A stretch of DNA of 64,000 nucleotides from Pavona decussata (taxonomy: Eukaryota). Position 1 is the stretch's first letter. The number at the start of each line of letters is the position of its first letter. The notes beneath the pieces were generated by a model that was not told where the DNA came from, searched no databases, and saw only the letters and a list, made by a program, of their open reading frames with translations. Of this stretch, positions 27,890 through 38,809 are shown in pieces. Where the stretch lies: contig CDRNST010000233.1 in NCBI GenBank assembly GCA_977016875.1, forward strand, positions 434,001 through 498,000. Reading direction: 5' to 3'. Both the position numbers and the translations under genes were made by a program.

Positions 27890-27908
27890 TCACGCGGCGG
27901 CCATCTTG
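27890..27908 (-). promoter_or_regulatory. YY1-type motif (CAAGATGGCCGCC) overlapping a 4-codon uORF in the SF3A1 5' leader
   Basis: CAAGATGGCCGCCGCGTGA; its ATG lies 47 nt upstream of the SF3A1 ATG. Confidence 0.5.
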
Positions 27909-28077
27909 ATTCTTTAGAATGAAATCGAGGCGAAGCAGGCCAGCCAAAGGAAAGAGGATAACTGGGTACTAGTCTGAAAACGAGGCAACAGTATTCATAC
28001 GTTTACCACAAGTTTCCGAATGCTCTTAGCTTTAGATAATCACTTTGCCAGACCAATTTCTGGAATCTCCTTACCTA

Positions 28078-28213
28078 TAGACTGCGAGCAGTCGTACTTT
28101 TTCCTCAGATCACGCGCGCAAACGTATGTAAATTAAAAAAGTGAACGAGGAGGGATTGGAGAGGGGGAGCGCCCGCGTTTCTCTCGCGCGCTACAGAACT
28201 TTATAGGAGGAGA
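28078..28213. mobile_element. Short MITE upstream of SF3A1
   Basis: TIRs TAGACTGCGAGCAGTC and GACTACTCGCAGTCTA. Confidence 0.7.
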
Positions 28214-31200
28214 CAGAGACTACTCGCAGTCTAACTTATTTGCTGGTAAGAAACAGAGAGCGTGAGAGTTCTGAGGAACTGCCTGGATTGAAATACTCAT
28301 GACTAACGGTCTCTATAATATGAGCAAGGCAGCACCAAAAGTTATAGTTAACCACGAATCGATCACCAAAGGATTTGAAAAACGCCGACCAAAATGGCCA
28401 GGAATGGGGACCTTCGAGAAGCGGTCCCTATGGGCCGAGTAACCAGGGCGCCCTGGGAATAAACGCATCAGAAACTTAGCCGGAAAAATATAAAGCGAGC
28501 GGTTGACTCGTACTCCAACATGACGGATTTGGACCAGTATCTTGTAGCCGACTGATTCAGAAGCTATTCAGAGCCACACCGGGGATGAACTGGTCCCGGC
28601 TTGCAAGTCATATCGGCACCATGAAAAGACTGACTTGTTTTACGTGCGTTTCAGCTGTTGGTGGAACACTGCGTTTCGGCAGGTTTCGGATTAGCCAGAG
28701 ACGGCTCATCTTGAAGGTTTATATATAACATCCACCATCAGAAAACTCTCATCCCTTTTCTCCCTTTTCATTGTATTCAATTCAGTTATAGTTCCCGATT
28801 GTAATCTCTTCAAAAATCCGTGTAATTGTATGGTACCGGTTTCCGTGAATTTCAAGTGATTCTCAGTCCTAAGCTATAAACTGACTGCCACCTGGCAATT
28901 AATCTTCCTTTAATTTTACTTAAAAGCAACTTCATTCATGGTTATAATGTGCCGCTAAAATAAACAACGTGGCTATCCATTGTTAAGAAAGAAGATAATT
29001 ACTCTTGGTCACAAATGTTTATCTGCAATCTCTGATAGTCTGGATTTTTTTTCTATGTATTTATGTTTTCTGATGGGTATGGTCGATTACGGTAATAACA
29101 GTTAGTCATTAAGCATCTGAATTTTTAGCTCGAGCCAATGAGTATGGCAAATGGAAATAATGTCAACAATTCAGAGAGAGCCAGTTAAGTATGCAACAGA
29201 TTATTTTTTCTGTTAAAAGTTAAATAATGTTGAGTTGTTTCTTATCGTGTTTATATAATTGTTCCGTAAAAACTGATGAAAGTACACGATTGATCAGTGA
29301 TATCTGCCTAAATCACGAACTTCATCCATTTTGTATGACCAGATTCAGTATTTTGTACGTTTCACGACTGGCAGAAATTAGGGACGCCAACCTAATATTT
29401 GTCGGATGAAGATTATAAAACAGTTATGCTATCAAGAGCGTCGAAAAAGTAGAAAAAAATGTTGTTTATACAAATTCGTGGTTGCCGTTGTGTGTGTGTT
29501 GTGACGGTGCTGCGTTGTTTTCGTGATCTGTTTATCTTACACGAAAACCAATTTATCACACTGGTATAAAGTAATTTGGCATCTGCTACTTTCACTTCTT
29601 TAATTTTCGCAATTTTTTTTCTTTGCATCTTCATGTGCTTAAACTAAACACGACTCCACACGCAAGACATGTATAATTTACTCTTCAAACGCAGATCGAG
29701 TATTGTAAAATTAAAAAGGGATGATTTTGCCCAATTTGGGTTCCTGTCAGGTGAACTCACCCGAAGTAAATCAGTAATATCCAAGCAAATTTACTCTTTT
29801 AGATACAAATCAATAATTTATCTGCTTTTCGTAATCACCGGCAATCAAGCAAGACGAATCAACCGCTGGCTTTAAAGAAACGCAGATAATAAGAGGCGTT
29901 CACATTTTTGGCCAATCAGCGAAAAGGAAAGTGATCGCGTTATTTATAATAAGACGACAGGTGAGAGACATCCTTTTTCACCCACACCATACTCTGCTGC
30001 GCGTCAAGTTTTCGCAGACTTGTAACTGCAACTTTCGGATCAGCCCTTGTGGGCTAACAAGTGCACATAACACCTTTAGCATGTTGCATGTTTTGGAAAC
30101 GAACAGTAGCTTGTAAACTCAGTTTTTGGTAAGTAGATCTCAACTATACCACTTAATGATTAAACCTTTCTGAGTTTCCTAAATGCTTTTATATAATATC
30201 AGTCACCCACTGCAAATTTTATTTTGAAAAAAGTAAAGCTAAGTGAACCCAGAATTGTAACGCACTGAAATGCTACTCGTCAGGAAACTTATAACAATCA
30301 GAGCAAAATTACTAAGGATTTAGGGCTGTTTCTGGTGGCTAAATTCTAGGCAGCTGTCACTCATTCAGCCTGTAGCCGAACGAGTAGCATGTTGAAATTA
30401 GAACACAGCGAGAAACTTGTTTCCACTTTCCGAAAAACATCTCAATTATTTATGTGCATGAAACCAGCAGCAGTTATGAAAACAGGAGGCCATTAAACGA
30501 AGGAAAAATTCATTTCTGAGCTAGAAACCGCGACAAATTACAAGGCTGTTCATTCTGCCTTGAGAGTTTCAAACACTTTACTCCGGCTGAAATATTTTCA
30601 AAGAATCGAACGGCCTAGCGAGAGCTGTAGTTAGTTTGCTTCGATCGAGTCTTAGAATATATAAAACATGGAAAACAGCTTTTGTTTTTGAAGCTGATTG
30701 TCTAACGGGAAAGAATAACTGGCTTCATGGCGCTTTGTTGAATTGTAAGTGGCTTATTGCTAGGGAAAAAAAATATGTTCCTTGACTTTATTACGTGTTG
30801 GGCAAATATTTTCAACTGGAATATGATAAAAGTAGATGAATCGTGATGCCATGTTTTTATTCTTCTTTGAATATTCTTTTCGATTGGGCAAAAAATAATA
30901 AGGAACGTCAACTTACAATACATTTTGTTCAAGTTCATGCTGTGTAACGTAATGAGCCATTATCACTAACGCGTGAGGTTACATCATTAACTCTCACGAC
31001 ATCTGAGACTAGAGGACAAACCGTGCCAAAAATGGTCAACCGAGCACAAACGAAAGCTCTTTTACACAAATGATATACCGTCATTTACCTATCGTGTTTT
31101 CGTTTCCCTATAGAGGCAGCAGATTTTGTTTGATGTAACGGATGACTGAGTCGCTTCAATTATAAACACGCCACATGTGAATATCCGTGATGTTAAAACA

Positions 31201-31714
31201 ATAAGGTTCTTTTAGGTGTGTAAGATCCCTGTAGATCCCTATTATATTTTTCGTTTCTTTGGTGAGAGTTCGATCTGTTTCTTTGCCCGTGTGTTCGATA
31301 ACTCAAGACAGTATAAGAAATTGATAGCCCATTATCAAAGTCTTTCAAGGTAATCTACCATAGACTTTTCAATCGATTGTTTATGATGTTGTGGCCCATA
31401 TGACAATGCATACCCTCGAGTCCAAATTTGTTTGTGTTCCCCACACGCAATTCAATTGATTAGAACCCGCTGTGATAAGTAATAGGAAGGATAATGTAAT
31501 TTTGGAAGACACAAGTGACCTCACACACACAACGACGAAATATGCTGATTAATACATTCCGTGACAGAATTATTCGTTTGACTTGACCAATATTAAATAT
31601 ATGTATAGTGATTTCATTCCCCTATCCGAGGTCGCACTCCTTTTGGTCCGCGGTCCACTCAAAACAACGACTGCGCAATCGGGTTCGGTTTTCGATATTC
31701 TCATCCCCAGACCC

Positions 31715-31853
31715 CATCCTCGTTTCCAGAGCCTACGATCTTTTGGTCAGCGGTTGGACCGTAGGCCCTGGTAACAGCCGTTACCGGATGTCGTGAATTT
31801 CACGACATCCGGTAGCGCACGCTCAGTGTGATAAATTACCATTGCGCTTGCTC

Positions 31854-31913
<60 letters not shown>

Positions 31914-32084
31914 GCTCAGTATTAGGAAGTAAAGACAAATGCGCAGAAGCGTAGCATTTTTCACCTTATAGCGCATCAGGTTTTCGACAGCCAATGAAAA
32001 AAAAAAGATATTTTTGGATGGACCCAGAGCCACTCGTTCATTAATTAAAAAAAAAAAAACGTTGGGGCTCTGGGGACGAGAATG
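31715..32084. mobile_element. hAT-like MITE with 8-bp TSD
   Basis: TIRs CATCCTCGTTTCCAGAGCC and GGCTCTGGGGACGAGAATG, flanked by CCAGACCC at 31707-31714 and 32085-32092. Confidence 0.8.
31856..31913. repeat. (ATT)n microsatellite
   Basis: About 19 perfect ATT units. Confidence 0.95.
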
Positions 32085-33099
32085 CCAGACCCCATAATGC
32101 TGATATACGAGAATGAGAATCGAGTGATCCCGGGACGGCTGTAACGAAAATTGATTTCCTGTGCGTGCAGATGTGGAGGCAAAACCAGAATCGCTACAAA
32201 AATATATATTTTGACCATATAGTTTACTTGGATATGCGCAGTTCTTCAAATTCGCAAGATACATTACTGACAGTTATTTCTTGTTAAAAAAAAGTAAGTT
32301 CTACTGTTAGTATTAATATAGACTTCAAGAATAAAACTTAACTTTGAGAAACAACCTATAAGTAAGTAAAACTTAAATCTACAGAATCTAACTGAAAGAG
32401 TTGACAACGAACAACAACATTTTGGGCAACTGTTGTGCATGATATTTCCTTACTCAGTTGTTTTTATTTGTTTGCAGTATTAACTGGCATTCGATCAAGT
32501 GCTGATGTCACCAACCAGAGCGTTCTTTTAAACAAGTCTCTGCACAATGAAAGTTAACTCATCCTGTTTCACCCTAGGGAATGCAAATCAATCTCCTCAC
32601 TGTAGTCTCTTAAACTGCATCTGATTAACGTTTATCACTCTGGCACACTTTGATCACGCGAATATTATGATCGTCAAGACACCACGATTTCATGCAGTGA
32701 TGTACTCTTCGGTCACAGCGCTGGAATTGACTCTCTCTCCCTCTGTCTCAGTCACGAATTCAAGACTCCGCAATTGTTCAAGGAAAAGCTACAACCGTTT
32801 TAAAGAAACTGGTGACATTCAATAACCGGCTGAGTGGAAGATGGAAGCTACTGGGAGTTGAAGGAGCCAATGTCAACTTCGGACCAACCCAGAAACAAAC
32901 AGATATCAAACTCTGCACATAATCCACTAATCAAAATGTGAGCTCGCTACTACAGTGCTAATAAAGTAACTCGCTACTAACGCCTTAATCAAATTGACAA
33001 CGAAATAGAAATAATTATACATTAATTTATAATTAATAATTATAGAGTTAATTTATTGTATAGTAACATCTTTTAATATGATATTAACAAACTTAACTT

Positions 33100-34350
33100 T
33101 TAAAGCTTTAAACTAACCCGTCTTTTCTCCCGTTTATTTCTAACCCACAGTCTTCAAACTAATCTGGAAACTTAACCACTAATCCTCTAAGTAACTCACA
33201 ATATAACCTCTAACTAGTAGACCAATTCATCTTCTAATTAACCCACTACACCTTTAATTTAGTCAGTACTAACAACCTTAATATTCTTCCTACTAATCTT
33301 CTGTCTCCAAGAATTAATTTGTAATTCTCTTCTCAACCTTATTAGTAACTAACCCCCTACTAACCCTCCAACCTCTTACTATCCCACCATGGCTTTAATT
33401 AACTCAGCACTATTTAATTAACTTATAACATTCTTCCTACTAATCTTCTATTCCCACAGTTGTCTGGGAAACTTACATACTAATCCCCTTATTAATTATT
33501 CATTCTCTAATTAACCCATTATCCTCCTTACTAACCCATCCTAATTACTAATACTCCTCAGTCTTACTAATCCATTCTCTTCAATCTAACCAGGGAAACT
33601 GATTATCTTTCAAAATAACCCACTAACAGCTCCTAGCTAACCCATTAATATAAATAGCTCGAATCATGTTAACTTGAACCATTCTCATGAGGTTAACCTG
33701 GCACCAAATGACATCTAATTTGACAAATAGTTAAGTTATTACATCAGTATTAAATAATTGTCCATAATATTCGCTTGAGATTTACAATACTATTTACAAG
33801 GCTAAAAAGTTAAAAAGATATTAAAAACCAAACGTTTTCGACTAATCAAGTTTAGTTTTTAATTTTTTTTTAACTTTTTAGCCTTGTAAATAGTATTGTA
33901 TTAAATAATTATTAATCATATAACCAACTAAATTGCAAGACTTAGCTTGTAACTAACTTACTACTTCAATAACTAACTAACTAACCAACTAATTATTTAA
34001 CTAAACAGCTAATTAACTAACTTAGTATCTCAGAAACAGCTAATTGCAACAACACCAATACTCTCTGAATTCATTAACTGCTAATGAACACAGTAATAAT
34101 TTTCACCTGCATGACCTAGCTACCCTTTATGCCTTCCTAACCTTAGGGCACTTATTTAATGATTAATGTACCATACATTCCCTCCACTTTCTAACCACTA
34201 CTAATATACTAACTGCGCTAACTCATTTACAGTCACTCTTTACTAACCAACTAACCTAACTAGTCTTAGCTAACGATTAGTAGATGGGTTAACACCTTCT
34301 AACTGACTAACTAACTACAGCAGTAACTACAGGAACAAACTAACCAACCG
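33100..34350. repeat. G-poor low-complexity CTAA/TAAC-rich region
   Basis: Dense degenerate ACTAAC/CTAAT units with strong strand asymmetry. Confidence 0.7.
33760..33897 (-). mobile_element. Palindromic mini-retroelement with truncated hammerhead remnant
   Basis: TSD GTATTAAATAATT at 33747-33759 and 33898-33910; inverted arms TACAATACTATTTACAAGGCTAAAAAGTTAAAAA; the minus-strand centre reads ACT-TGATT-AGTC-GAAA-ACGT-TT. Confidence 0.55.
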
Positions 34351-35029
34351 TTGCTAGCTAAAGCAATGTATGACTCACGACTCGCACGCGTGCACCTGCA
34401 CACCAGCTGTAATTTCGGTTGCTCGCCTTATTTTTTAAACCCTTGTACAACATCTGAGAAGATAGGTACCTGCTTTTACGATTGTAAAGACCTACAGAAA
34501 ATAAAACTGGCAATTTATCGTTTTGTGAAGTAGTAGTTTAACTCAATTACAATACTTTTAAGTGGAATGTTATAGCGATAGTAAAATAAAATAAAAAACT
34601 ACAAATTAAACTAACTCAATGAAGAAGTACAATTTTAAGCGCCTTCTAAAACAAAGACATTTTGCGTGGTTTATGAATATGCGGGAAAAATCGACAAAAA
34701 GATCCTAGCAGGAGCTATTCAGGAATCCAAGCCGCAAACTAGGGGTAACATAATCTCGTACCCCGATGTCACGAGATTAGGGGTAACATGCACGCGAGAT
34801 AATATATATATTTTTAGCCAAACCTTAAAAGTGGAGCTCCACAATTATAATTACTTTTTTAACAGCAGTTATATGTCTGCTTATCATTTGACCGTACTGA
34901 ACCTTCAGTACACTAAATTTCTCATCCTTTCTGGGGTTATATATATATTTGAGTGCATAGGTAGCAAACTACTTACTGCCAATAATAATGACATCGTTAA
35001 CTGTTTACACAGCTAGGGGAGCAAATATT

Positions 35030-35170
35030 CTCTTCCCTGCTTCTTTTCCGTTGTACTGATTCACTGAACTGACGGGTGCGAGGAAAAGAGACCTCTGCCC
35101 TGAGATCTCTTTTCTTCGCGCCCGTCAGTTCAGCGAATATAACGGAAAAGAGGCCTCTGCTAGCAGGGAA
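35030..35170. mobile_element. Palindromic MITE
   Basis: CTTCCCTGCT...TGAACTGACGGG pairs with CCCGTCAGTTCA...AGCAGGGAAG. Confidence 0.7.
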
Positions 35171-35179
35171 GGTACTCCC

Positions 35180-35925
35180 TTAAACTGGGTTGTTGTGGGC
35201 ATCCACGCTTCAACAGGGATGATGGAATTGAAAGTTTCAATTCCATTACCCCTGTTGACGTTATTAGGGTGAAGTCTTATGTGGATAGTTTTGACCCTAC
35301 GTGTGTACCAGTGAGAGTCTCGATCAATAAACTTATTGTCCCAACGGCCGGTCTCGTGAGCGTGTTCAGAAACGGCGGAGGTCTGGCTATAGGCGAGTCG
35401 TATATTCCTGTCGTGCCCTTTGATTCTCTCCTACATAATATCGATCTCCCTGTTTCACCGAGTGTAGGCTTTGCCCGCACTCACAGGGAATCCTGTAGTC
35501 CACGCCATCTTGTTTAGTCGGCTGGACGATGCCCTTTTGGTCGCGCCAAGTGTGACCTAAGTGTCGTGTCGGACAAGGTGCGAATGCCTTGCTGTTCTAG
35601 GCAGGGGCGGAGAGGTTCCAATACTCCCTGGATAGTAAGGTAAAACGGCGGTGGATTTAAATGCTGCCTCGAGCTCTTTGTTGGGGCTGTTCTTGTCTTT
35701 GATAACATTCTACACAAAGGAGGAGGGATATCGGCTAGAAACGTCAAGTACAGATAACAGATGTTTCTTCTCTTCAGAGATCATGGTCACGAGACGTTTC
35801 GCCTTGTCGTACAGACACTTCATAATACCGCGTTTAACTGATTGAGGGTGGTGTGAATCACACGCTAAGTATTGATCATTATGTGTTGACTTCCTGTAGA
35901 CGCTGGTGGTAAGGTGGCCGTCTGG
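35180..35925 (-). mobile_element. Degenerate Penelope-like element 3' fragment (RT thumb/linker plus GIY-YIG endonuclease)
   Basis: Minus-strand translation DGHLTTSVYRKSTHNDQYLACDSHHPQSVKRGIMKCLYDKAKRLV, then frameshifted GVDYRIPCECG...GETGRS. Confidence 0.85.
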
Positions 35926-38043
35926 TTAGAAATGATAAAAATGGTTCTTCGCGCAATCGGCGAACTCCGGAATTGATAAATTAACTCATCTTTAGCACAA
36001 AGGATGCTTTTGTGAGAGCTCGGTTGCTAGTGAGGCGAGAAGCGCGGCTTAGAGAAATGGGCATGGGTAAAAGTAATAATTCCCATTGTGATTTAGAATG
36101 AGAATAGTGCAAAATAATTCTGACTTGTGATGCTAACGCAAAAGTCCTCAATTTTACTGAGAAACTGAAAACAGCGAGCGGAAAATATGGGGTATTGGTC
36201 ACGTGGTAATTTCTACGTGGCCTTCACTGTTATCATTGCAGAACTAAAAAGCGCCTTTATGGCAAATAAAGTTTATTACAAAATTATCCCTTGGTCTGAT
36301 TGTTTTCAAAACAATTGACTTGATAGTGTTCATCAGTGGAGAGCTACTGCCAGGCTTTACTTCGGTGTAAGAACCTGTACTGAACTTACAGCTGACGTAA
36401 GATAAAGGAACATAAACGTCAAAACAATATGTATACAGGGAAGGAAAACAATCGGCAACCACAAAGAAAAATCTGTCAGTTTCTTACATCGAGGTAAACC
36501 CCAATGCCAAGATGTTTAAAAAAGTTAAAATGGATTACCAATCACCCGAGCAACCGTGAGGTGTATGGCGGGAATTTTCGTTATCAAAGCGACTTTCTCG
36601 TACCTCGAGTAAAGAACTTTTAAATTCACCAAGGTTGGATGCGTAAGTCAATTTTTCAACATGTTCTCTTTGTTACTAAAATGAAGAAAAACGCTTTAAA
36701 AGTTTACATGCATTCAAATGTTGTTAGGTTTATTTGGCAGGTTTTGTTCCCCAGTGACCAGAGAAGAACCAATACACTTTTTGCTATTATAATTAAATCG
36801 CGTCCATTTAAATGGAAATCTGATGCACCGATCGATACCAAGGTTTTCTTTTAATTGCGTCGACCTGAAACTCTGAACTATTTCACTCCATCACTGAGCA
36901 AGGATATTTCTTCCTTGTTGCTTGGTTCTTGGTCGCAACTGGATTTCGGTCAGTCTGATCTGCTATTTGGTCTTGTAACTTCTTCTTGTTTTTCACTGTG
37001 TTATTATGACTATTTATCGATCTGGGACTGATTACATTTGATTCAAGGGAAAGTCGCACTCTGTTCTATGAAAAAGAATTGTAAAATAAGTAGAAAAGCA
37101 TAGCACTTAGTTGAGGTTTCAAAGATATACTTGGAATGCAAAATAATGTATTGCAACTCATCAGTTAACATTATAATCCTAAAATGATTAACAATATCTG
37201 CTGCCAAAGACATTAACCCCTTTCAATCAGTGCAACCAAAACTCTGACTGAGTTTTGCAATTGGTTGTTTCTTCTACAATAAACCTGAATATGGTACGCA
37301 TCGAAGTAAATGATTACGTACATTTTTTATTTTCAACCAGACAAGAACAGCGAAACGAGTTAGATTTCAAAGACTCTCAGGGGCACCCAACGACAACCAA
37401 TTTAAGCAAAATACTTATTATAAATTAAATAATACAGAAACTAATAATAAAGTTGAATGCGATCCGATCCGATTACCTAAAACTTTAAGTCGCACAAAGT
37501 GTTTTAAAAGGAACCGCAGGAGCCTCTTATCCCTCGAAGTAACAAACTGTTATTGGCCGTTACGTAAGCGTTAAGCGGCATGTTTACTCTTTCGAAAACA
37601 ATTCAAAAGAAATTAGTGTTACAAAACTTTGATTCGTGACAGTTTCCAAGAGAAACCTAAGTATTTTTCTCCTTGATTCTTTACAACCAAATACGAATTT
37701 CTGAGGTAATGAATGCTTTTACAAAACACATAGCCAGTTGAAACGGTGCGTTGCAATTGAACGTCCCTGGACGTTTGTATTTTAAACCTGTCAGAATCCT
37801 TCCTCCATTCTGTAGGCGTCCAGTTGAGATATTGGAAGGTTCTGGTTAAACAAGACTGGTGTGACATCTTGTACAAACGTGTGATCGCGCCGAGGCATGC
37901 ACACTAGATTTCAGTAAAAACTCGTCCTGGAGTTCAACTTCAATCTAATGAAAATTTCTCCCAAGAATTTTTGCCCTTGATTGTAGCTTTGTGGGTCCGT
38001 AATGGGCAAATACATTTTTGGCGTTCTTTTTCGTTACTTTCTT

Positions 38044-38188
38044 NNNNNNNNNNNNNNNNNNNNNNNNNNNNNNNNNNNNNNNNNNNNNNNNNNNNNNNNN
38101 NNNNNNNNNNNNNNNNNNNNNNNNNNNNNNNNNNNNNNNNNNNNNNNNNNNNNNNNNNNNNNNNNNNNNNNNNNNNNNNNNNNNNNNN
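38044..38188. other. Assembly gap (N run)
   Basis: Run of n. Confidence 1.
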
Positions 38189-38809
38189 TTCAAAATAAGA
38201 CTGAACTGATCAGTGTTTTTCCCCAATACTGACCTTGTGCTAGTTAATTAACATGTTTTTCTTCAGAAGCTTCGAACAGTTCGTTTCGTTGTAAATCTGT
38301 TCTGAAAGAACTTACCCGACGCAGAAATTCGGATTAGATTGTGAAGAAAAATTAGAGTTTCTTTAGCAAATAGCCACCACAAACCTTCTGATTTTGGATA
38401 AGTAAATACGTCGTTATTAAAATGTGTGAAAAAGCGCAAGCTATCATTTTCGGAAAGCCAATCACAGCTCGTAAATTCAGGGAATAAGATTTCGTTTCCT
38501 AAAATTCTTTGCAATATAAATTTTCAGCAAAAAACATAATTGGAACAGATCAAACTGAGTTAGCTTAAATAAATTTTCTTTTTAAAAGCCCATAAAATGA
38601 TTAGGGAATGTAGGAGACAGCATTTTAACTATCTTGTGTTATGTTCTCGTTGGGTGCCATGTTTTTTGTTTTTTATTTCATGACCGAGCATAACTTTTCC
38701 CTCTTTCTTTAGCGTATACTAAACTAAAATTTTCTTCATATGCACTCACTACTTTGTATCCCTTCTCACTCGATCTGTGTTGGCATATCCGTCTTTGCTT
38801 TTTTTAGGA

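Noticed and set aside
28320-28442. 40-codon ORF divergent from the SF3A1 promoter (MSKAAPKVIV...)
   Set aside because: No recognisable domain and no consistent splice partners.
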